Shown one piece after another: positions 42,478 to 50,645 of a stretch of 64,000 nt of DNA; the stretch's first letter is position 1, and every line of letters starts with the position of its first letter. Location of the stretch: assembly GCA_044222245.1 (NCBI GenBank), contig JBGANQ010000001.1:126239-190238 (forward strand), in the 5' to 3' direction. Source of the DNA: Polyangia bacterium (GTDB lineage: Bacteria; Myxococcota_A; Polyangia; Palsa-1104; JAEUJZ01). A program made the translations under genes and the position numbers. The notes under the pieces were generated by a model. It searched no databases. It worked only from the letters and a program-made list of their open reading frames with translations, and was not told the origin of the DNA.

Positions 42478-43905
42478 TTAGGTGGTTCCGGGCTTGATGA
42501 TGATGTTGCCGAGGGGCGCCGAGTAGTACTGGCGGACGTCGTCGGTGCTGCCGCCGGTGACGGCGTACAGGACGGCGCCGCAGGCGGCGCTCGTGCAGGC
42601 CGCGGTCGGGGTGGCGGCGTTCAGGGCGCCGGTCACCGGATCCCAGTTCATGCGCGCATTGGTCATGATGTCGCCGAAGAAGCCGCCGGGCAGCTTGCCC
42701 GCCCCCTGGACGTACAGGAGGTTGGCGCCACCGGGAGCGCCGTCCGGCCAGCCGCTGCGCTGGTGCGGGTTCTTGATGGTGTCGCCGCTCATCGTCATGA
42801 CCAGGCGATCGCCGAGGAACTTGCCGGAGACCACCGGATCGGGGACGGTGTCGAGGAACGCCTGGAACGACTCCAGCGAGCGCCCGAGCCCGTCGAACAG
42901 ATCGTCGGGCTGACCGGCGAACGCGCCGTGCGGATCGTCAAAGAAGCCGCCGAAGGTGACGTGCGGGGTCAGGCCCAGCTTGAAGGCGTTGGCGGTGACG
43001 ATCAGGGTCTCAACAACCGGCTGCATGCGGTTGTCGGTCGCGACCAGCGGTCCGGCCCAGGTGGCGGCCTGACCGGGCTGAACCCTCAGCTGGGTGCCGA
43101 GGTTCTGCACCACCAGCGACAGCGCGGTCTGCGCGTCCTTGGCGGAGGTCGAGTAGGTGGGACGACCGGCCCAGCGGGTCAGGCCGAGGAGCGCGGTGTA
43201 GTACTGGCTGTACAGGTTCTGGTGCGCCGGGTCACCCAGGCGGTTCATCAGCTGCGAAGCGGCGCTGGCGAACAGGCCGACCATGGCGTTCTGGTCGGTG
43301 ACTGCCGACAGGGCCGGCGAGCCCGGCGAGGCCGGGTTGTAGTTGGGGCTCATGCCGCCGCGCTGGATGCCGATGGCCGGGACCAGCGAGTGCAGCGAGG
43401 TCTGCAGCTGCGCCGCTGCCGACAGCATGCTGACGTTGCCGTTCATCGTCACGGTGGTGACGTTGCCGTTGAAGGCCGGGAAGTTCGAGTGGGCCTGGCT
43501 CTGCCCGCTGACGAACACCGTCCAGGGCTTCTTCTCGCCGAACGCCTTGCCGTCGATGATACGGCCGTAGTAGGGGTTCCCCGAGGGCAGCGTGAGCTGC
43601 TTGAAGCGCGAGGAGATCGGCGCGCCCGTGGTCATGGGGTTGAGCGCCGTGTTGGCGGGATCAAACGTCTTGATGGCGTTCGGCACCGCGACGAGCTGGG
43701 TGGCGCGGCTCATCGCACCGTTGCCCAGGATCAGGTTGACCATCAGGCTCCGGTTGACGGCCGCCTGGGCCAGGGCGCTGCCGCCCATCTTCTCAAGCAT
43801 GTCGAGCGCCCGGGTCGGGCCAAGGCCAAGGGCTGCGCTCGCGGTGAACACGCCGCGTACAAAGTCTCGGCGGGAGGCGCCCCGCAATCCGATGTCTTTT
43901 TTCAT
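42478..43905 (-). CDS. Tat-secreted DUF1552/DUF1501-like protein
   Basis: Twin-arginine signal (SRRDFVRGVFTASAALGLG); about 475 aa; lower-GC codon usage. Confidence 0.45.
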   Translation of the reverse strand: MKKDIGLRGASRRDFVRGVFTASAALGLGPTRALDMLEKMGGSALAQAAVNRSLMVNLILGNGAMSRATQLVAVPNAIKTFDPANTALNPMTTGAPISSRFKQLTLPSGNPYYGRIIDGKAFGEKKPWTVFVSGQSQAHSNFPAFNGNVTTVTMNGNVSMLSAAAQLQTSLHSLVPAIGIQRGGMSPNYNPASPGSPALSAVTDQNAMVGLFASAASQLMNRLGDPAHQNLYSQYYTALLGLTRWAGRPTYSTSAKDAQTALSLVVQNLGTQLRVQPGQAATWAGPLVATDNRMQPVVETLIVTANAFKLGLTPHVTFGGFFDDPHGAFAGQPDDLFDGLGRSLESFQAFLDTVPDPVVSGKFLGDRLVMTMSGDTIKNPHQRSGWPDGAPGGANLLYVQGAGKLPGGFFGDIMTNARMNWDPVTGALNAATPTAACTSAACGAVLYAVTGGSTDDVRQYYSAPLGNIIIKPGTT

Positions 43906-43916
43906 AAGTTTCCTCC

Positions 43917-44618
43917 CTAATCACACATGGCGACGGTGCCGACCATCGATGCCACAGCCAGCCGGCGCCGATCGAGCGCGACGGTGACCATAGCGGTGGC
44001 GTCGTTAATCATGCTTGTGCACGCGGCCAGCTGATTCTGGCTCGGAGTCGCGCCCATCAGGCACGCGAAGCCATCCGCATCGCAGGTATTGTTGTTAAAC
44101 AGCTTGGCGCCGGTGCAGGCGGTGACGGCCGCCGGGTAGGCACCGTCCATGTTGGCCGCCGTGACCCACTCCTCAGCCGCGGCGATCAGCACGTCGTGCA
44201 GGCTGACCAGGCTGCTGGTGGTGTCGCGGATCGTCTCGGGAGCGCGACCGGGGAAGTTCGCCACGCCCCAGATTCCCTGCGCCTTGGTGAGCAGGGCGCC
44301 GGCGCTGTTGGCGGTGGTGTTGGTGACATTGACGCCGCGCGACGACAGGATGGTGCTCAGCCAGCTGAAGCGAAGCTTGCCGCACGAGTGCAGCTTCTCG
44401 CCGACTGCCGGAGCGACCTGGCGACCATCGGTGAAGATGTTGCCAATGTTGTTGAGGATGTCGTCGTGGTTAAGACCGTAATCCGGTCCCTGAGCCTGCT
44501 GACCAGTCTGCAGGGGATCGGCCGGAGTCGGATTTTCGTTACCCGGGTTGTTGCAGAACGAGAGGCCCAGCGCCCCAACTAGGCACAAGCCCCGCAGGAA
44601 AGATTGCTTTTTGCGCAT
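43917..44618 (-). CDS. hypothetical lipoprotein
   Basis: MRKKQSFLRGLCLVGALGLSFC lipobox; Cys-containing; lower GC. Confidence 0.45.
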   Translation of the reverse strand: MRKKQSFLRGLCLVGALGLSFCNNPGNENPTPADPLQTGQQAQGPDYGLNHDDILNNIGNIFTDGRQVAPAVGEKLHSCGKLRFSWLSTILSSRGVNVTNTTANSAGALLTKAQGIWGVANFPGRAPETIRDTTSSLVSLHDVLIAAAEEWVTAANMDGAYPAAVTACTGAKLFNNNTCDADGFACLMGATPSQNQLAACTSMINDATAMVTVALDRRRLAVASMVGTVAMCD

Positions 44619-44642
44619 CTTTATCTTTCTCCTCGCTGTGGC

Positions 44643-45533
44643 CTAGAAGTTGACAAACGAGTCGCTGGTAAACACCGAGCGAACGCTCTTCTTCAGGTTC
44701 CAGTTATTGCCCATAAGTTCAGTCGTCAACTTCGACGCCAGATCAGCCGTGATAGTCGCACCGTCGTCGATGACGTCCGGACGCGACATACCCCAGTTCC
44801 AGATCCGGTTGACCATGCAGGACGCGAACACCGGGTCCGCGGCCACAGCGGCGGCGAACTCCGTGATGTCCTTGGTCGGCTTGCCGTTGCGCCACGCAGT
44901 GGTCTCGCCAGCGGGCAGCCAGTCGGCCAGGGTCGCCAGCGGGCTCCCCGGGATCGGCACCTGGACCTGCGGAGTGGCCTTGGGAACGCCGGCGGCATCG
45001 AAGTTGGCGAACAGCGAGGCCTGGTGATTCATCGTGCCGTGGCAGTTGGCGCAGATGATCGACTTGTCATCCTGGAAGTCGATCTTCGGCTTGGCCGCAT
45101 TCTGATTGCCGGTGATCGAGTTGAACGGCCACGGGTTGACGTACGAGCCACCCGGGTGCTGCTCGGGGGTGCCCGTGGTCTCCGCGGGGAACTTGGTGCA
45201 GGCGAAGGTCTCCTGCACCCAGCGGACGCGGCGGAAGGCCATGTTGGAGAAGAACTGCGCCTGGACGCCGGCGTCGGTGAACACGCCGACCGCGGTGGCG
45301 TTGGGGCAGGTCGCGGTAGCGAAGGTGCCGTTGGTCGCGTTGAAGGTCTGGCAGGTCCCGCTGGTCGCCGTGAGCACCTGGTTGATCGGCTTCTCACCGA
45401 CCACCAGCGACGCCGCGTAGTTAGGAGCGAAGTCCAGGTTGACCGTCGCTCCGTTCACCGTGATGTTGCCACCCATCTTGAACGTATCGCGCCAGAAGTC
45501 GACCATCGCCGAGGCGAACGTCGGCCGACTCAT
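44643..45533 (-). CDS. Planctomycete-type cytochrome-like protein (PSCyt3/DUF1588-like, CxxCH); N-terminus probably extends upstream
   Basis: IICANCHGTMNHQASLFANFDAAG heme-c-type CxxCH motif. In-frame upstream sequence encodes a plausible lipoprotein signal but without a canonical start. Confidence 0.45.
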   Translation of the reverse strand: MSRPTFASAMVDFWRDTFKMGGNITVNGATVNLDFAPNYAASLVVGEKPINQVLTATSGTCQTFNATNGTFATATCPNATAVGVFTDAGVQAQFFSNMAFRRVRWVQETFACTKFPAETTGTPEQHPGGSYVNPWPFNSITGNQNAAKPKIDFQDDKSIICANCHGTMNHQASLFANFDAAGVPKATPQVQVPIPGSPLATLADWLPAGETTAWRNGKPTKDITEFAAAVAADPVFASCMVNRIWNWGMSRPDVIDDGATITADLASKLTTELMGNNWNLKKSVRSVFTSDSFVNF

Positions 45534-46398
45534 ATAGTCGTCGATAAGCTTCTCGTAAGCGGCCTGCTTGCTTGCCGCGTTACGGACGGACTGGATTTCC
45601 GTCAGCGTGGGGTAGTTGCCAGTGAGCTTAAGGGCCGCCGAGCGAAGTGCCTGCTCATAGTCAACAACGGTAGTTACCGTAACTGCCGAGGTCAGGTCCG
45701 GATTGGTACCTGCATCGGCAGTATTCGCACTGCCCGTTCCAGTACAGGCACTTAGCCCAGCTGCCAGTGCCAGCGATAGCGTTACATTGCCGGAGGAAGG
45801 GGGGGTCGGGGAGCGTCCGGGTTATTGGGACGGTGCCGTCGGTGACGGGGTGAGCCGGGGTGCTCGGTTGGCGGACGCTACGGGACGTTTGCGGAACGGT
45901 AGATGGACCGTCTCCTCTCCTCTCCCGGCTGCTGCCCAACCCTTGGCCAACTCATCCGCTGCTCTGCATCGCCTAACAGCTCGTGCCGCTGCGACGCTGG
46001 GAGCGATCGGCTGCTTTCAGCGCGACGCCGACTCATCGCGGCAAGTTGAGGCGGCCGAATATTCGCGCGTGGACTACTTCCCATTCCTCGCCAACGCCCG
46101 CGAGAGCAGACGCCAGCCCCTGCTCTAAGCGCTGGCGCAGCTCGGCGCGGACCGCCGGATCATCTGGCAGAGGCGGAGGCACTGGCCCAAGGGTGCCTTC
46201 CTGATCGGGGTCAACTGGCCGTGCTGACTTGCGGAGTTTGCGAGACTTGGGAGCGGACATGCGCGACCTCTCTTGAATGGCTACAATGGTCAGGGCGGGC
46301 CATCGGCGAAAGACTCTACCATGCAAGCCTCATGGCCCCTTGGCGATCGTGTCTTCCCTTCTCTCGGTTTTGGCATAGTATCCAGGCAGGAATCGCCC

Positions 46399-46551
46399 AT
46401 GGAGCGCACGAAGAAAAAGCGTCTGCAGTCGCGCGGCTGGAAGGTCGGCACCGCGGCGGACTTCCTCGATCTGGCGCCTGAGGAAGCCTTGCTCATTGAC
46501 ATCAAGGCGCGGCTGGCGGTGGCGCTGGCATCCGGCCAGCCCGCCACCTAG
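46399..46551 (+). CDS. small HTH protein resembling HigA/XRE-type antitoxin (orphan)
   Basis: MERTKKKRLQSRGWKVGTAADFLDLAPEEALLIDIKARLAVAL; motif recalled from type II TA antitoxins; no adjacent toxin gene found. Confidence 0.3.
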   Translation: MERTKKKRLQSRGWKVGTAADFLDLAPEEALLIDIKARLAVALASGQPAT

Positions 46552-46804
46552 AACCCTACCCTGGCGGCAGCCGCGGCCGTTTTTCCCACTCCCGTTCCCA
46601 ACAATTACCTTGTTTCGGGTTGTTTCACTTTTATTCCAAAGTATTCACTTGTTTCAGCTTCTATCGTTCCGCGGAGGCCAACATGGACCAGATATGGACC
46701 ACGGAACGGACGCCGGCGACACTCAGCGACGGGGAGCTCGCGATCTTGCCGTCACATTGCCTAATGTTTGTTTCATAGCGCCTCCGACTTGTTATAGGGA
46801 AGAC

Positions 46805-47962
46805 CTACTTCTCTCCCGCCGCCCAAGTTGTCACCTCAGTGGTAAACCTAGTGATATCTGCCGCCACTGAGTACTTAAAGGGATGATTTGGCGTCCCGCC
46901 CTGTGCCTGGGGAATCGCCTGCAAGAGCAGGATGCTCTTGTTGGGTGTAGTCTTGTTGATACGGCCGAGCGAGCTGATACAGAAGCTCATCAGCTTGGCC
47001 ATGTCAGTGCTCGTCGAGAGCGTCATGTCATACGCGCTCGTCGCAGCGCCGTTCCTGCCGCCGTGGCAGGTCGCCGCGCAGCCCTGAAGATCCTTGACCA
47101 GCGCCGGATTGAAGTCCTTGAAGTCCTTGCAGGCGACCATCACAGGCTGAACCTGGGACTTCTCCAGCGTCTCAAAGGCGATGCCGATGCGGGTGTTGGG
47201 ATCATTGGTCGGGGCGTTGGTGAGGAGCACCGTGCCGCCGCCGATCGTCATGCTCCCATTGGCCGGTACCGACAGGTCGACAATGCCCAGACTGTCGGCC
47301 GGATCGGCGAAGGAAGCGGTGTTAGTGATGAAGTAAAACTTCGGGTGCTTGATGTGAATGCCGGTAGTCGGCCCGGCGGTGAGCGTCAGCTTCGAAACCC
47401 GGTAGAAGTTGCTCGAGTCCGGGGCCAGGTTGAACGTGATGTTCGCCTGCGGGTCGTTGATGGGATCTTCATTCCCAAAGTTCATATTGAATTCGCCGGT
47501 GGTGATCGGCGCCGTCGGCAACAACGCAGACTTCTGCATCCCCGGCGTGTTCGACGGACGGGCGGCAATCTCCGCCTCGATCCAGCCCTGCACGGCAGCA
47601 TACTGCTCCGGCGTGAAGGCGGGGCCGGTGTGCGGGCCCTTGGTGAGCAGCACGCTCTGCACCGCGGCCGGCACGTTGATGAACTTGCCCTGCTCGTACG
47701 TCGTGATCGACTTGTACTCGTCGCCGGTAGCCAGGAACGTCGCGACGGAGCCCTGCGCGCGGTCGTGGCAGTTGGCGCAGCTGTTCACGAGCTCCGGCTT
47801 GGCCAGGGTGTCAAAGATCGCCGTGGGGGACACGTCCGGCTGGGCCATGTTGTTCGTGTCCCCACCACCGCAGCTTGGACCGAGGGCCAGGGTCAGCAGC
47901 GCTCCCCCGAAGCTGGAGACGCGGAGTCCAGTACTTAGTTTTTTTAATCGAACTAGTTTCAT
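46805..47962 (-). CDS. di-heme c-type cytochrome-like lipoprotein
   Basis: Start at MKLVRLKK; lipobox LALGPSCGG. Two CxxCH motifs (NSCANCHD, GCAATCHGG). Lower GC. Confidence 0.5.
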   Translation of the reverse strand: MKLVRLKKLSTGLRVSSFGGALLTLALGPSCGGGDTNNMAQPDVSPTAIFDTLAKPELVNSCANCHDRAQGSVATFLATGDEYKSITTYEQGKFINVPAAVQSVLLTKGPHTGPAFTPEQYAAVQGWIEAEIAARPSNTPGMQKSALLPTAPITTGEFNMNFGNEDPINDPQANITFNLAPDSSNFYRVSKLTLTAGPTTGIHIKHPKFYFITNTASFADPADSLGIVDLSVPANGSMTIGGGTVLLTNAPTNDPNTRIGIAFETLEKSQVQPVMVACKDFKDFNPALVKDLQGCAATCHGGRNGAATSAYDMTLSTSTDMAKLMSFCISSLGRINKTTPNKSILLLQAIPQAQGGTPNHPFKYSVAADITRFTTEVTTWAAGEK

Positions 47963-48425
47963 CGCGGTTCCCCTTGCCTTCCTGTCACCGGCTGCGGTGA
48001 CAGCGGGTCTACATGTCATTCCCGGGTGCACAGATCCCCGAAGGGGCAATTCCAATGACGCCCCGACTTGGAATTTTCCTCCGCAACGCAGCAAAAGTTG
48101 CGAAAAATGTTTTCCTCACTCGGCAAAAATCGCACTTGTCGGATAGTACGTAGCCCTTTTTGCCGTTTTTATGGACTCCTTTGTAGGTACAGAGCCGACT
48201 CTTTTGCAGCATCTCGCACGCGATGGCGATCGGGCGATCAACCGATGGACCGACAACTCAAAAGATCGGCTTCACCGACGACAAATGCGATCGTGCAGAC
48301 GGCCCTGTCGCACTGTCCCAGACAGAGACCTACCGCTTTTGGGAAGGCTCTTGCGTGCAGAAAAGTGGGCACAAGTCAGCAGTACTTCTGACGATTCCCA
48401 ATTACTGACAGGAAACCGCCGCCGA

Positions 48426-49409
48426 CTACTCGCGCTGCCAGCTCGGCTCGTCGTCTATACAGGCCAGGGTCTCTTGCAGAGCCGCCAGCTCATCGACCCA
48501 GTGCTGGGTCGTAGGGAAGTGCGGGAAAGTGCGCGGGAAGATCGGATCGGCGAAGCGGCGAGCGACCCAGGACGCGTAGTGGATGAGGCGCAGCCCGCGC
48601 AGCGGCTCGATCAGACGCAGGGTGCGGCGATCGAAGGCGCGCATCTGCTCGTAGCCGGAGAGCAGCAGCTCGCGCTGGCGCACCGCTTCGGCGTCGCGCC
48701 CGCGGATCACTATCCACACGTCCTGCACCGCCGGACCGCTCAGCAGATCGTCGAAATCGAGGAAGAACGGCCGGCTGTCCTGCCACAGCAGGTTCCCCAG
48801 GTGACAGTCGCCGTGCAGCCGGTGCAGCGGCACCTCGCGCCACAGCGGCTCGGCGGCGGCGATAAGGGCCCGCGCGGTCTGCTCGTAGCGGGCGCGCAGC
48901 GACTCGGCGATAAACCCGCTGTGGAGCAGCGCCAAAAGCGCCGGCTCCCCGTAGGCGCGCGGCGCGAGCAGCGGTCGCTCGGGCGCCGGCCGCGCCGCCG
49001 CCACGTTGTGCAGCCGCCCGAGGAGCCGCCCGATCTGCAGCAGCTGCGGGTCCGAGAGCTCCTGCAGGCAGCGGCCGACCACGCGCGGGAACACCGCGAA
49101 CATGATTCCCGACGGCAGGGCCTGCAGCGTCCCGCCGTCCGACAGGGTCAGCGGGGCGACCACCGGCACCTCGGCCAGCTCGAGCTCGGCGAGCAGCGCG
49201 TGCTCCTGCAGGATCGCCGCGCGCGACCAGCGCCCGGGCCGGTAGAACTTGGCGACGACCCGCCGGTCCCCTTCGAGCTCGAGGTCGTAGACCCGGTTCT
49301 CCAGGCTGTTGAGGGTGTAGCAGCGGCCGGTCGCGCGGGCGCCACCGCCGAGCGCCGCCTCCACCGCATCGAGCAGCGCGTCGGGGGTCAGCGAGAAAAA
49401 GTCTTGCAC
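48426..49409 (-). CDS. stress-response Ser/Thr kinase SrkA/YihE/RdoA-like (aminoglycoside phosphotransferase fold)
   Basis: LHGDCHLGNLLW...FFLDFDD (HGDxHxGN...DFDD catalytic/metal-binding motifs of the YihE family). Confidence 0.65.
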   Translation of the reverse strand: MQDFFSLTPDALLDAVEAALGGGARATGRCYTLNSLENRVYDLELEGDRRVVAKFYRPGRWSRAAILQEHALLAELELAEVPVVAPLTLSDGGTLQALPSGIMFAVFPRVVGRCLQELSDPQLLQIGRLLGRLHNVAAARPAPERPLLAPRAYGEPALLALLHSGFIAESLRARYEQTARALIAAAEPLWREVPLHRLHGDCHLGNLLWQDSRPFFLDFDDLLSGPAVQDVWIVIRGRDAEAVRQRELLLSGYEQMRAFDRRTLRLIEPLRGLRLIHYASWVARRFADPIFPRTFPHFPTTQHWVDELAALQETLACIDDEPSWQRE

Positions 49410-49550
49410 CCCGGCACAATAACAGACTCCCCCTGCCGGCAGCAGCCGCCCGGCGCCGCGGCCCTCCGCGACCGCCGTCGCCGGGTCAATGGCGGGCAGC
49501 GCCTTGATATAGCCCGAGTTTCTTGCTCCATTTCTTGGTAAATTGATGTA

Positions 49551-50564
49551 GTGGGGCTCCTACAATTTACTACCGCTATACTGCTGGCGCTGCTGCTCGG
49601 CGGACTCGCGGTGACCGTGCTCCGGCGGCGGCTGCTGCCGGGACGGTCGGGGCGGCGCGGGCTCTTCTCGCGCTGCCCGGAGCCGCCGGTCGCCCCCGCC
49701 CCGACAGTCAGCCGGGGGCTGAGCGTCGTCGTCACCGAGCCCGGCCAGCACCAGGTGCGCTTTGCCTCGGTGGGCGGGGCGGCGGCGGCCAAGGCGGCGC
49801 TGCTGCGGCTATGCGCCCGGCTGCGTCAGAGCGACCCGGAGATCAGCGACATCCGCAGCGGCAGCCATCGCAGCGCCCAGAGCGCCATCGGCGGCGTGCT
49901 GCACGGACCGCCCGGCTGCGGCAAGACCCTGCTCGCGCGCGCCCTGGCCGGGGAGCTCAACCTGCCGCTTTACACCCTCTCGGGCGCCGAGCTGACGGAG
50001 CTGGCCCCGGCGGCCTTCGCGGCGCCGCTGCGCGAGCTGTTCGCGACGGCGGCGCTGCGCGCCCCGAGCCTCATCTTCATCGACAGCCTCGATGCCCTTA
50101 ACAGCCGCGCCGCCCGCCCTGCGGCGGCGAGCGGCGCCGGCTGCGACAGCGGCGCCCCGGTGGTGCTGCAGCTGGTCAGCCTGCTCGACGAGCTGTCGCG
50201 CGAGCAGGCCGGGGTGGTGGTGCTGGGGGCGGCGCGCCGCCTGGAGGGAGTCGACGAGGCGCTGGTCCGTCCCGAGCGGCTCGGGCGGGCGGTGGCCCTG
50301 GCTCTGCCCGAGCTGCGCGAGCGCGCCGAGATCATCGCCCTGCTCGGCCGCGCCCACCCGGAGCTCGACAACCTGGACGTGCTCGCGCTGGCCACCCGCA
50401 CCCAGGGGTATAGCGGCGCCGACCTCGGCCGGCTGCTCGGCCGCCTCGCCCGGCTCGTCTCGGAGCGCCCGCAGCCGGGGGGCCCGACCTCGATCGAGAC
50501 CGTAGAGCTCGAGCGCGCCATCGCCGAGTCGCCGCCGCCCACCGGCTCCCCCAAGGCAAGCTAG
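49551..50564 (+). CDS. membrane-anchored AAA-family ATPase with degenerate Walker B
   Basis: N-terminal TM (LLQFTTAILLALLLGGLAV), VRFASVGG, Walker A GPPGCGKT, Walker B LIFIDSLDAL (DS instead of DE), SRH-like GYSGADL. Confidence 0.7.
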   Translation: MGLLQFTTAILLALLLGGLAVTVLRRRLLPGRSGRRGLFSRCPEPPVAPAPTVSRGLSVVVTEPGQHQVRFASVGGAAAAKAALLRLCARLRQSDPEISDIRSGSHRSAQSAIGGVLHGPPGCGKTLLARALAGELNLPLYTLSGAELTELAPAAFAAPLRELFATAALRAPSLIFIDSLDALNSRAARPAAASGAGCDSGAPVVLQLVSLLDELSREQAGVVVLGAARRLEGVDEALVRPERLGRAVALALPELRERAEIIALLGRAHPELDNLDVLALATRTQGYSGADLGRLLGRLARLVSERPQPGGPTSIETVELERAIAESPPPTGSPKAS

Positions 50565-50645
50565 CTCGCGCCGGCGACGAGGGCGCACCGACCGGCGCGG
50601 CGCCCGCAGAGCCGCCGCTAGCGGACTCGGCAGCGAAGCTCGGCC

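Noticed and set aside
45661-45939. 92-aa Cys-rich TTG-initiated ORF upstream of the CxxCH lipoprotein
   Set aside because: No signal or motif. It lies in the 5' region of the adjacent gene, where another frame encodes a plausible lipoprotein signal. Probably a wrong-frame artefact.
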